Part shown: one piece after another, positions 39,642 through 52,019 of the stretch
Numbering within the stretch: position 1 is the stretch's first letter
Layout of the letters: each line of letters starts with the position of its first letter
Source of the DNA: Tubiluchus corallicola
Lineage: Eukaryota > Animalia > Priapulida
NCBI GenBank assembly: GCA_030141605.1
Contig: JAQGDQ010000233.1
Span: forward strand, 1 to 64,000
Direction of reading: 5' to 3'
Length of the DNA stretch: 64,000 nt
Position numbers and translations under genes: made by a program
Notes under the pieces: model-generated
What the model was told of the DNA's origin: nothing
The model's input: the letters and a program-made list of their open reading frames with translations, nothing else
The model's database searches: none

Positions 39642-40604
39642 TCTATTAAACTAATCAAGAAGTTCAACTATGCCGGTGAATAGGCTAAATTTTTTATTGG
39701 AAGTGGTGCAACATCACCCCATCTCTGACATGCTAATCAATCGAGTGGACTATTTTTCATGCTCAGAAAGCCTGCTCTGCAACAAATGCACTTAGAAAAT
39801 AATGTAAAGCATGGAACTGGTGCAGTTCACATGAGCTTTGTGAAACTTATGAAGCTTTTACAAGTCTTTCAGAGCACAGAGGTAAACCCAAAAATGAATA
39901 TCACGGTTGCATTATCACAATTTTTCCTATTGTGTTGCCTGCTATGTCTTGGTATGACACACTTTTTGGGCTTGGTATGGTGTAACATTGGCAAATGAAA
40001 ATATTAGTATTCGGTTGTGTACTGTTGTTTTGGAACACCCAGTATAATATTCCCGTTTTCCTAGATTTACTTTCTCTCAACTTCTCCAGCCCGTTTAGCC
40101 GATTCACTGTATTCTCAATTTCTCATCCAGCAACATGGCTCAGCGTTGAAAACTCGACTTAATTCAAACCAGCGCATGTCAAAAAAGCTTTAATTTGGAA
40201 TGCCAGTGAATTTAAACAGACATAGACCTATGTAAACTGATTGCAGCGGAGCACTAGAAACCGTGAAGCTGTTTATACTGTAATTCACCCATTGTTTGTT
40301 TTACTTGGATATTTGTTTAGGGAAGCATCAACATTCGCAGCAGAACTTCTCAGCATCAGGAGGAGGACCGAGATGATCGATTAATGGTGCATTAGTGATC
40401 GTGCGGATTAATAAAAAACTAGCAAAAAGTTTCAGAAACATTTTTCACATAATCAAAACTAAATTGAATTTATTAATATAATCAATAATTCCGCAAAGTA
40501 AGCTGTCAATGTTTTATGATGATAACGCTGCTAACCTAATAGCATAAATCATGTGACAGAAAATAAATAATGATATAACAATAATAATTAAATGTCCTGA
40601 AACG

Positions 40605-40605
<1 letters not shown>

Positions 40606-40677
<72 letters not shown>
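40606..40677. repeat. (TTA)n microsatellite
   Basis: Direct inspection. Confidence 0.97.
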
Positions 40678-40678
<1 letters not shown>

Positions 40679-43600
40679 ATTTAAAAGTAACAACATAGCA
40701 TGACACTCCATGTTTGTAAAAAAGGCATATACATTGCATGTTTTAGCCTAGTTTTTCTACACAACTGTATAAATCTATAATCTATAATCTATAGATGTAT
40801 AATCTATTTCTGACTATGTACTGACTAAACCAAGGAGTAAAAATTCTGTAAAAATGGGCAAACTCGCACGGGAAATTTTTCTCTTCTTCTTTCGCAATCA
40901 GTGGCAACAATTAAAAAAATAAACATTGAACTAGAACATACGTACTATGCCGAGACTTTTTGTTTAGTGTTTAAACCGTCAAAAAGAATGAGTAGTTTTT
41001 TGGAGCCTATTTTTGCAGAGATCACGTACGAATTCAAGGAAGCTACATACAGCAGAAATGATGTACGCCATTTGGAATAACGTTTTTTTAGTTGGTTGCG
41101 GAAGGTGACCTCCTATTTTGCATTTCCAGAAACACGTCCAAACAGATGAATTAAACTTACCGAGTGTTCCTGACAGAAAAACTTGCACGCGCCAAACCCT
41201 AACCACGTGGATACGGCCAGAGCAAGGATAACATTTCCCACAGCGTAAACAAACACAAATAAATAAAGGAAGCCGAACATTACACTCATATGTGGCGCCC
41301 GGTGTCGGTTTATTACAAAAAAATTACGTGTGCCACAATTAAGACAACAAGTGACGCAAATTATGAGTTGTACGTAGCTGACGTTTGATGCGATTATCTT
41401 TGTTTATTCGATTATTTATTCGTAAATGTTTGCTCATTTTTCCTGTTAATCGGTATACCTCCATTTAGGATACCTATCAGTGCATACTGGCTTCTGAAAA
41501 CATACCAACTTTATGCAAAAACTGTTCTGTACCGCAAACATTGTACAATCACTCTCAAGTTTTTAAGCTAAACTCCAATGGCACTAAGCTGACATTTTGC
41601 TTATCATTGATTCACTATAAAGAACTTGGCTCGAAAACGTGAAAATACAGCTCAAGAAAAACTTTACATATCTAACTAGAGTGTAACACGTAGCAATCTG
41701 TATAACCCTAACCACATGTAACCAAACCAAAACAGACAAAATTAATGTAGCTCTCTATGGCGGGACTGAAACCTATTCACCACCAATGATAATATTCAAA
41801 GATGAGACACTGAACTTGCAGCGGTGTATCATCTAGCCAGTCGGGGCAGATGAGCAGATAAAACAGCCAGAAGCTACCATTTAGTGACCAGATTCGACTT
41901 GGCTTAAGCTCGATCACTATGTGCACGTTGAAATAACTCGCCCCAAACTGCATGTAAACCATATCTCTGAATCCAGGAAATGGCCAAACAGCTATTATTT
42001 CTTATTTTCGGCAGCAACGATGTTGGTGTTGTCGCTTTCTCATTTTAGCAGCCATTTGTTCTAAGAACACAGCTTTTTAAATGAATTCTTAGAGCTAAGT
42101 ACTCCGAGTTTTTCTTTTATTTTAGAATAGACACGGTAAGTTTCGTTTCATTATACTAAAAAGTGTTTGTGGTACAAAAAACCAATTTTGTTATTGTTTA
42201 CAAACTATGCCAGTGTAGGTAGAAAATAACGACTACACCACTACATTTAATTGTGCGCAGTATACGTACTTCCCTTCGTTCGCCACAATAGCTTGTGGCT
42301 TGTTACACACAAGTGATATGGGAAAATAAAAGAGGGCCTGCACAGCCTGAGTAACAGATTAAAATAAATGGATGTCAGACATCATAACATATGGCAACCA
42401 AATCGTGTGCATGGCCATGGGTCGTGACTTCAGGCTAAAAAGAAAAAAATGTATGAATAAGAGAAACTTAAGAGAAGAATAAGAGAATAAATGAAAAGAC
42501 GGGAAGGTGCGGATTACACCATTATTTGGCGGTGCAGATCCAAAAATGTATAACAATTAACCATTTTCACGAAAACTTTCTACTATTCTGCCATTATGCT
42601 CGCCAAGAAGGATTTTTCATTTGCATCAACGTTCAACATAATTGTAATACTGCCTTGTCCACTTGTAAAACTTTTGAACATTTAAAAGCACGCACGATTT
42701 TATTAAGGATCGTAAGAATCAAGTGGTTCTACCTAAATTATTTCATTTTGGCGAAAGGAAAGGGTGTCGGATTTTAATATCGCGCTGGTTGCTATGACAA
42801 CAGTAATGTGTAATAAGCTTTATAATGCTTTATTAGTTTGTCAACCGCGATAAGGACAGTTATGGCAAAATTTAATACAGCCCCACAAAGTCAGTCCCAA
42901 ATGAATCTAGTATAGTGGCATTGAAAATTTACAAGCAGTGGAACTGATGCTAATGATTAGTGATGACAGCTACGATGATGCTGGCTAATACAAGTGGTGT
43001 TTCGGTCGTTTGGTGTTACTGGTGTCGTAGCTATTGGTTACTCTCCCTGATGCAAGCTGTAGTGCTGTTATAGCAGCATGATGGGGACAATGGTAATGAT
43101 GGTGATGATGAAAAGAATTCACCAGTACCCACTTATACAGCAACATGATTTACTTGCAAGAATGAAAGTTACAGTTACAATACAGAACAAAATGTAATAA
43201 CATTTAAAAATTGATCAAGTACTTACGGTACAAACAAAAAAGTGTTTATTGGTGTTTACGGTACATGGGCATCACGGATTTCGAATTAGAAATAGATTAA
43301 ACAAATTGATCCGGGAACTTTTTCACATACAAACGTACGCATCATTTTTTCAGCACACCACGATCTTCTCAAAAACTTTTTAAATATAATGATCAACTGC
43401 CATCATCCTTGCGCTCCTCAATGACTTCTGCCCAGCGGTCTCTATTGGCAATACTTAAGTCATATGGAGGTGCGCAAGTATGCACAGTGGGGTGATCGAC
43501 AGTGTTCACCCCCAGGCCTAACTTCAGATAGTGCAATACTCTGCTTGCGCAAATTACTAAAATCGGTCCTCATCCGATATTTCTTTGTCTAGCAAATGAT

Positions 43601-43904
43601 AGTTACTTGGTTATAATTTTTCTCCCCCAATTTTTAGTTCTTTTTTGACAACTATTATGCACTGGCACTACTATGGCGAGAAGTTATTTATTTCATTCGC
43701 AATTTCACAATTCTCATAAAATTTATCTGTTTTTAAATTTTATTATTTTGTTTTGTATTGTAACTATAACTTTTGTTCTTGCAGGTACTTCTCAAATTCC
43801 ATGATTATGACATCTTGTTTTGATGTTGAAACGTCAATTGGTGAAGTCAGTCATTTTGCTGTATAAGTGGGTAATGGTGATTTATCTTCTTGTTAAACTT
43901 CGGT

Positions 43905-43938
<34 letters not shown>

Positions 43939-43955
43939 AACGATGATAACGATGA
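43905..43955. repeat. (GAT)n microsatellite
   Basis: Direct inspection. Confidence 0.95.
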
Positions 43956-44698
43956 CCACAATTAACATGACAATCATATAAAGGTAAATTTTACTCTTAA
44001 TTAACCCCACTGCTTACGGAGGGTTATCTTTAGAGTCCTATTTGTGTCATCATCATCACCATCACCACAACAATAACTAACACATGAAAAATAACAAAGA
44101 CAAAAGAAAAGAGAACCCCGATTCCTGGCTACCGTCAGCAAGTCACTTTTGCAACATTTCTATTTGGAACACATTACGACCAAAAAAAGGCAAAGTACAC
44201 ACGGAGAAGGATATCCATCAAAACCTTTCGAGTTTTGTCATTATTGTACAGGGTTAAGCCAAACCAAGCCGAAACCAAGCCAATCTGTTCTCAAATCAAA
44301 GCAATAAACGTGGGAAAACGTCAAATCCAAAAGGCAGGAAAATGCTCGGAATAATCAAATCAGTTCAGTGACAAGCAAAACTGATCCCATTCTTTTCACG
44401 CTAATGTTTTCTGACAATCAAAAGCCCACGGCACTCTAACAATTGAATTGCCTGAGCCACCCGGAGGTGTGCGCATCCTATTCAACGAGGCAAACATGAC
44501 ATATGCGCTTTTTCCGGCGGTCTACAATCCACCTATTGACCAGACTCTGCGTTGCTTAAATACGGTCGCTTAGGCACACACCGTGACCACTCCCCTCACC
44601 CCTTTTAATGCACTTTCATTTAAGCTTTTCTGCTAAAAACCTAACTCATTCTTACAAACACAGAATCTACATTATATTCCATCTTTAGAGATTTTAAA

Positions 44699-45000
44699 AT
44701 GGATCTGGCCGAAACAAGAACAATTTGTGAATACATGAAACGATTTCCATATTTTTGTGCTGAAACTGTTTTCAAACAATTCCCATTGACAGTCGTGCTG
44801 ATCATCAAAAAGAGTAAAATCTTATCAACCAGGGTAAAACTTGTAAACTCAGTTATACGCTGTAAATATGTGCATGATTGAGGTTTGATTTCAAACATTA
44901 GTCTTCATCGTGGTAAGGTTACCAGGAGAATCACGTAAATTTGTTTTGCGTGACACTGTTGCGTTTCAACATGTCAATTCAGCATGCACCTCATCTTAAC
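44699..45000 (+). mobile_element. Possible decayed integrase H2C2 zinc-binding fragment (Gypsy/Ginger-like)
   Basis: ICEYMK..Y...KYVHD*....LHRG.../HVNSACTS resembles H..HRG..HVxxCxxC; weak. Confidence 0.2.
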
Positions 45001-45589
45001 TAGAATCACGAGGCACGTGCCAAATTGAATGAGGTTTGGAGGATTTCGATTTCTGCTAAAAGCTGAACTTTCGTGCCTTGTGCAGGCAGTGTTGTGTGCC
45101 GGTCCAATTGTTCAGTCAACTAGTCACTTAAATATAATTGCTGGAAAATACCTGTGATTTCTTCGTCTGATTTGGCAGCGGAGTGACGAATCGTGCAACA
45201 GCGACCATTAATCAAAGTAAATTATTATGACGAAAATGTAAATGTAGGCTAACAAAAGTTCTGGTTAAACATGCAAAAAATCTAAAATTTTGATTAAACG
45301 TGGATCAAATCGGAAACTGATGCTAAATCCCTGTGATTTCAGTCTATCATATGACCAAGTTCATCTGCATAAAGCTTTTCAAAACAAAACATATTTGCTT
45401 ATAAACATACGTACATAATACGATACCTATGCAAGTGCTTTGCCCTGTATAAGTTATTGATTCCTCGCTGATTCAATTGATTCCTCACTGCATAAGTTAT
45501 TGTCTCCATAAGTTTAATAAATCGTAAAAAATTGACACCTACCTCCCAAAGCCGACCTTTCCCGCAAAGACAAAAGATCGGAACATGAT

Positions 45590-45830
45590 CGTCCTGTTTT
45601 CGCCTCTGACAGTAAACTGCTGCAAATTTACACACACAGCAGCTATTCGCTGCTATTCCATTCAACCCATGTCTCAATAAACTCCCGGCATGCATGAACG
45701 TGCTTGTGAACCAAATGACACAGTGGGATCATTGGCAGGGCTTCAGAGTTCCTATCAAAGTAATTGTATATACACAAAACACGCCCTGGACTGGTCATTT
45801 TGCTCAGAGCATTTTTCAAGATATAATTTG
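45590..45830 (-). mobile_element. Decayed Penelope-like GIY-YIG endonuclease C-terminus
   Basis: NYFDR..L, HA/REFIETW, IAAN....AVY.QRRK across frameshifts; cf. HxFDW..HAREFLEAW..AINR....VY..LR. Confidence 0.45.
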
Positions 45831-48800
45831 GAGTGTAAAAATCACTGAAATAGGCTTAAATAATCTGCGTGACTTAAAACAATAAAGAAAACGAATTTAT
45901 GGGCAATAAATGAGTTCGCAAACTTTTTTTCTTTTCAAAAGCATATAGATTAGGGTATTTACTTCATAGATTCAAGTCTTAGTTTAATTGGATGTTATGG
46001 CGAGACAGGTATCTCGCTCATTGTCAACACTAAGGGGAGCGCGTTTAGGATGAGCCAGTAAACCGACAGAGATGTCACAGCCACGTTCGGACGTGAATAT
46101 GTCTTTACAAAAAACAGCCAGACTCAGCATGGCAAATGAAAACGCAGAAAGCATAATCATTTGAAGTTGTTCACCCATCCATTCGCCGACCAGTCCTGAC
46201 ATCATTCTTAATTTCGGTGGCCAAGATGGGCCATGCACTTGCCTTGGCAATTTATATTAATGGGCTGATTAAAACTGGTCGATTGATTAATTAATTAAGA
46301 TAACTAAAATATGTGAGAGGTTTCGTAAATAAAGATTTCACCTGCATTAGTAAGACGTTAAAAAAACAATGGCCAGATAGAGCCGTTTCATATAGAGGAA
46401 CTGAAAAAAATTGTTTTTGAGTGCTGGAACCAAACACCACAAAAAACCAAGAAGTGGAAAACTGTGTCAACAATTGGAGAAAACGCCTTCATTTAGGTTG
46501 CAGTGCAAATATTAGACACATAGAGCACTTGTAAATTTTAGCAATAATGACACTAAGTTTTTTCCGGCATTTATTTTTTTTTGGTGTGTTGCTTTACAAC
46601 TTCTATATCTTTGTAAATATCTATGACATAATTTTTTGGTATTTGTTCGTACATAATCGTCTGTAACATCGGCGTGGCAATTTTCATCCGATTCCCTTAT
46701 TTTATTCTTATAATATCGTGATCAAAACTTCGGCACACTTTTTGCGCCGTATTTGTGTATTTGTGTGCTAATAAAGGCTTATAATAATATCCCTTAAATA
46801 TTATCCTTAAATTTATTGCTTTTAAAGGCAGTACGCCCTGCTGCTTAGCGACCAATTAGCGACCAGTGAAATGCGCGCGCACTTCTGTGGTCTACGTAAT
46901 GTATAAAAGTACAAAAGCGCCAAATATATTAAACTTGACTATTATTTTCACAAAAGCAATTTTATCTTTTTAACAACTAGCTGGTGCTTTAGTTGTAGGC
47001 TGGAAACAAACTGACAAACAAAAGTTACTAAATAAAACACAAGCTGTGCTTTTTGGGGGTAAATTCAAGAAACGCAAAATATGTAATACCTAGCCCGTTT
47101 TATTCTCTGTTCACCAATAAGTCGATACTCCGATATTTTTATATCATCGCCAAAAATTGTCACGAATTTCGCAAAAATACCAAATTTCGTGGTCGTGTTT
47201 CTCATATTATTCCCCTATTACAGTACTCAAGAAGATATTTTTTCTTATTAAAGCGTATTTTTAAAATGTCTTTGAAAATCAGCTAAGAGCACACATGCAA
47301 GCCGCGCTGACATTATGCGTATTAATGAAGTACCAGTCCTAAACGCTTCCTCCTTCCTGCCAACTGATGTCATTACATGAAGTATGACCACAGCTAACTA
47401 CACTGTTTTCATCTAGCAACTTATTATTTTGAACTAGCAAAGCTAGTGCATATTAAATTTCACAATAAATTGCATCATTACATCAAACAACATTTATCAT
47501 AATTTAGCTTCGCTGTGGAAGCTTTTCGCATCATCAACGTGACATAAACCGCATGCAGAGGCCTTACCGCGAACAGCTACGTTTTAATTTCCGGAAAACG
47601 CTTATTGACATTGCTGGTAGGAAACCCATCTACATTCATAGAAATAAGCAGCAGGATAGTCTCATTTAATACGATATAGGTAATTATTATAGGTATTGTG
47701 GTGATTATTATTGTGACTCTTTGTAAATATTTTAATGACTGTCGCTATATTTTTATTAAGAACCAATTAAGAAAAAGAATATAATAAGTGCCATCGTCAT
47801 GCACATAATATCATGCATTTACGGCTTACGTGCATGCTTCAATGTTTTTGAAGAGAGTTTAAAACGCAAACACTTTTAGAAATTGCTCAATAAGCACTGG
47901 TTGTAAGATGCTATTACACGTTTATTATTTGTCAAGAGTTTTCGATATTCAAGTCTTAAATTGTTTATTTGTAGTTACTTTCACAAATCTACTTGATTTG
48001 TGTTGCGGTGAAAATGCTTGTAAAACATTATAATCATTGTTCAAAATCAATATATTAGGGCTTAATCTACTAACGAAGTCTAGGAAAAGACTTTAATGAA
48101 AATAATTTTTCCCGTTCCAAGTCTATAGTGCTGCATTCCATTTTTATTCTATTCCCAATATCGCCACCCTATACTGCCTTGTTCCCAATAAAAACGTGAA
48201 CGCAGTATTCATCATAAGATACCATGCGATATTTTTCATGGAACGCGATAGACAGCTTCGAATGTTATTTTCGCAGCTTCTTAGATTGCCTACAAGCATC
48301 AAGCAAGAGCAGCGTGGCCAGCAATTTCTACCAAACAAATCACGACAACGGATATTAATTTTAAAATCACCATTCTGATTACTCGTTTATATCACATTTT
48401 CTTTAGAAAATACCTCCTTTCTTTGTCAGTTGCTGTGTAAACATCTTTCGAATCTCATGTTCGCTCCATTTCCGGCGAAACTAAATAGACATCCGCCCAT
48501 GCCTTACAAACACTTTTAAAGAAATGATCAAGCAAAACACGGCATATGAAAATAAAAACCGTTATTTATGGAGAAATATGGAACTGTCTAGATAATTTTG
48601 GCGAAAAATATTGACGAACGCCATTGAAACAGGAGTCACATTCTCCTATATACGATTACGATATCATAATAAAACGAGAAAACTGCCTTATAAACGCAGC
48701 AAAGCTTATTCTTGAACAAGCGTTAGAACAACCAGGACAGTAAAATTATGTAGTATTCATGTAAAACACTGTAAAACGTAACAGCAACAATCCGCAAAAT

Positions 48801-49319
48801 GATAAACCATCTACATAAAGATTGAATGGTATATTACATTTTTCCTGCATAGTCAACGTTTATGCGTTTAGGATCTGATGTAAATTTAGTTGCTCAAATT
48901 TAATAATTTGTTTGCGGGCAAATACCTACTTTTCTGAAAAAAAACTAAATTCTGACCAACTTGAGACAAAAACAGCCGTAGCCCCATCTACAAGGTGAAC
49001 GGGCATCTAGATAGTATAACACGTGTCTTTGGGAGGAAAGAAAAAGCAAAAACCATTCATCATGTCTAAAAGTTACAACGTACATGGAGTACTTTCTAAT
49101 AGAATATCAAGTCATCAAACATTAGAATTGCTAAACAAAATGTTTGTGCTATTAAAGATCTATCTGACACCGAAAATATAAAACGCATGAGCGTGCTAGC
49201 ATACCAAATTTCATAAAGCTAACAATTACCCCTTGGAACAGATAAGCAAACATGCAGCAGAACAAACAATAACTAGGGCTTTACAGGTAAGCTTATAAAG
49301 GAGAATTTTGAACAGCGTT

Positions 49320-49760
49320 TCCTTCATCACATTAATAAAGTTTCTAGCAAGTTTCTGCTCACAGAACATTTCTCCCAGAACTCAAATTTAAAAAAGTTTT
49401 TTTGCAAAAACATTTCAGATGGTTTTTGGACCGCAATTTGAAGAACTAGTTGCAAATATGTCTAAAGTATCCATAAGATGCTCAAAGAATCGGCCATTTG
49501 AAGTTATTAGACTATGACGACATTCATACTAGAAACTTTGGAACAATTCACCCGAGAGGCTAATTTCCTTCATCCAGCATTCTGCAAATGAAATTTTTTG
49601 CAGGAAAGATGACAGTGGAAAATTTATTTGCCTTCAACAAATACCAATTCCATAAATGTCAAATCAGAAAACTGATTTTTCAGGAATATTGTGCCAGTAC
49701 TGCAGTACAAACAATATTCAATTTAATGGGTTTTGTAAACTGCTATTATTGCAGCAGGAA
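49320..49760 (+). mobile_element. Decayed Chapaev/CMC-type transposase fragment
   Basis: Ordered frameshifted motifs FLPEL, DGF/GPQFEEL, ESAI*SY, RNFG, MTV/KIYL, cf. FPxLS..GIFxGPQIRxL..ExxAWxSF..NFLGN..MSLKIHFL. Confidence 0.5.
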
Positions 49761-50939
49761 TAAGCAAATTGAGAAGTCATAATACCTGTTGTGTCTCTTT
49801 TTGAGAGTTATTGCATTTCTTTAAAGGAAAACTGGATGATTGTATAGACATTAGTTCAAAATAAAGTATGCTCTAAAATACTGAAAACTACAACAGCTTT
49901 TCTTAAATCAAAGCTTTGGTTAAATAATTACCTCGGGTAGTTAAATTTTGATAAACTTTCAAACCTATGCGCGGTTCAGCAAATCCACTAAGACTGGTAA
50001 TGGCGCCTTTTTTCACATTCTTGTGGCCGACAAATAGGTGCGGTACCGTGGTTAGCATGACCATCAATTGCAGTGTTCGTCTGTGATGTCCATGTGCTGT
50101 AGAACCCATTTTCGTGACATCACATCAGCATCTTATAGCAATCTTCATTTAAGCAAATGTGTTTGACACTCAGGGAAGATGTCTACCATTGTACAAACTG
50201 TGGTTAATTTGTGAAGTAAGCAATAGCTGTTTTCGGTTGCCATTAATTTACTTTCCAAGGTTAACAAATGTTAACTTTTATAGGCAAGAAAATGTATATC
50301 TTGGACAGTGAATTAAAATGAAATTGAGTCTACTCAATTGTCCGGTTATCCTTTAACCACATAAGTTGTTTAGCAAATAAATCTACCCAAATGCACAATT
50401 ATGTTGCCTGTAAGACCCGACATCAAAAATACATCATTATTACTATTGGTGGGTGCATGAAGTTGATGCATAGCATGAGATGAAACATCCAAGGTGTGAC
50501 ATTTGACTTTTTACAAGGGTGACAAATGAATGTCGCTACAATTAGACATCACCCAAAACCGATGATAACAAGTCAGTGATACATAGTTATGATAAAAGAT
50601 TCGCAAATTTTTAAGAACGGACATAAAACGAAAATATCAAGAATTTTTACAATGCTTAAGCCTGGCACAAAATACTAAGATGAATTTTTACTCATGGTAT
50701 CCAACTAACTGAAAACATCCGTATTTGCTGCAATATAATTCACGAGAAGGACAATTTAACACTTAATCTGATATGTCTGAAGTTTTCTTGATGATCTTAA
50801 AATCTACAGCAATGTGCCAAATCCAGGAATGAACCTGGTACCTTAAAGTTTCTGGTTTAGTTTGTACATTACAAAATAAAATTGCAAATAACACTACTCG
50901 TGAAATTCCATATGAATTTTTAGATAAAATTTACAAAAA

Positions 50940-50945
50940 TTTATT
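50940..50945 (-). terminator. Candidate polyadenylation signal of FBXO42
   Basis: AATAAA on the minus strand ~190 nt after the stop codon; common by chance in AT-rich DNA. Confidence 0.35.
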
Positions 50946-51134
50946 GTGAAATTGCTGCAAAATTCAATATTCAATAAGTAAGCTAACCATTTTGCTTCAT
51001 TTTCTTCACGTTGTGTGGCCCTACACAATGTCAAATTGTGTGCACATACGCATTCAGCAAAATTAAAAAAGAAGACATTTGCAGAACTTGATTGCTAGAA
51101 ATTTTCCATTCTAAAGTAGGCAATGTAATAAATA

Positions 51135-52019
51135 CTAAATAAATGGCAAAGATGATCTTAAAATATAAACACAGTTGCTCACAATTTCCTGAGTGATTTC
51201 AATGTTCCTACTCATTCTGTTGGTATCCATATGGATTCCGCCAAATATCACGAGTTCACCACGACCTATAACCACCGTATAGAAAGCCATTTCCTCTGGC
51301 AAGTTATTACACAAATTTTCCGTATTTGGTTTCCATGATACGGTTCCATCACTTACAGCTGTGCTCACATCCAACACATATACCTGCATATTATTCTTAG
51401 ATTCACGCAGGTGTAATTTATCTGCCTGAGCTGCTGGCTGTTTGTTTGTCGACATAACATGTTCTCTTAAATTTGCAGCACGTGTTCGTATTCTTTCCTC
51501 CATTTTACGCAAGTTTTCAAGCTGACGCTCACGGTTGCACATAGCATTAGGCCGTATAGATGGCTGCCCACGGCGAGTCACATTTTCTTGAGATGTAGTG
51601 GCTGCACTTCTTTTCTCTGGCATTACCTTGCATGGAATTTTGGGCACCTTGAATGATTTATTATTGGAAGTATTCTGACTAGGAGTTTCACACGAACCAA
51701 GGTTGCTTTTGTCTTTCCAATGGGAACAGCCAGGAGTAGAATTAGAATCAATGCTAGTGCTATCATCAGAAGACTGCATTGTTTTATCGGAATTTGCACT
51801 AGTTAAAGAGTGTGCACTAGATGTAGTAGGTGTGGCATCGTCATCACTGCTCGTCTCACTGGACCACTGCATTGAAACCTCTAAGTCTCCTTTCAGCGTA
51901 GGACTCTGTGATCTGGGTGCAGGAACCCACAATTTGGAGCGCTTCTTCCATGGAGAGCCTGAAGAATCACTAAGTTTTGGCCTAGCCCCTTTGCTGAAGA
52001 CTACAGCTTTGTTACCGAC
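51135..52019 (-). CDS. FBXO42: FBXO42 terminal coding exon 9 (Ser-rich linker + C-terminal Kelch blade)
   Basis: ttttacag|[10 protein letters not shown]...MQVYVLDVS...[10 protein letters not shown]...[14 protein letters not shown]; corresponds to the 302-aa ORF minus its 8 intron-derived residues. Confidence 0.95.
   Translation of the reverse strand, partial: VGNKAVVFSKGARPKLSDSSGSPWKKRSKLWVPAPRSQSPTLKGDLEVSMQWSSETSSDDDATPTTSSAHSLTSANSDKTMQSSDDSTSIDSNSTPGCSHWKDKSNLGSCETPSQNTSNNKSFKVPKIPCKVMPEKRSAATTSQENVTRRGQPSIRPNAMCNRERQLENLRKMEERIRTRAANLREHVMSTNKQPAAQADKLHLRESKNNMQVYVLDVSTAVSDGTVSWKPNTENLCNNLPEEMAFYTVVIGRGELVIFGGIHMDTNRMSRNIEITQEIVSNCVYILRSSLPFI

Larger units (their letters stand above)
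43785..48033 (+). pseudogene. Candidate paralogous Cys-rich multi-exon gene or pseudogene, copy B
   Basis: Exon-like units 43785-43840 (YFSNSMIMTSCFDVETSI), 47508-47616 (LRCGSF...IDIAG), 47680-47722 (NYYRYCGDYYCDS), 47880-47902 (NCSISTG|gtaaga), 47975-48033 (TFTNLLDLCCGENACKTL*); the last four are phase-compatible; local nucleotide similarity to copy A. Confidence 0.35.

Noticed and set aside
45399-45695. 98-aa Cys-rich minus-strand ORF as a toxin-like gene
   Set aside because: Better explained as a frameshifted Penelope-like endonuclease C-terminus.
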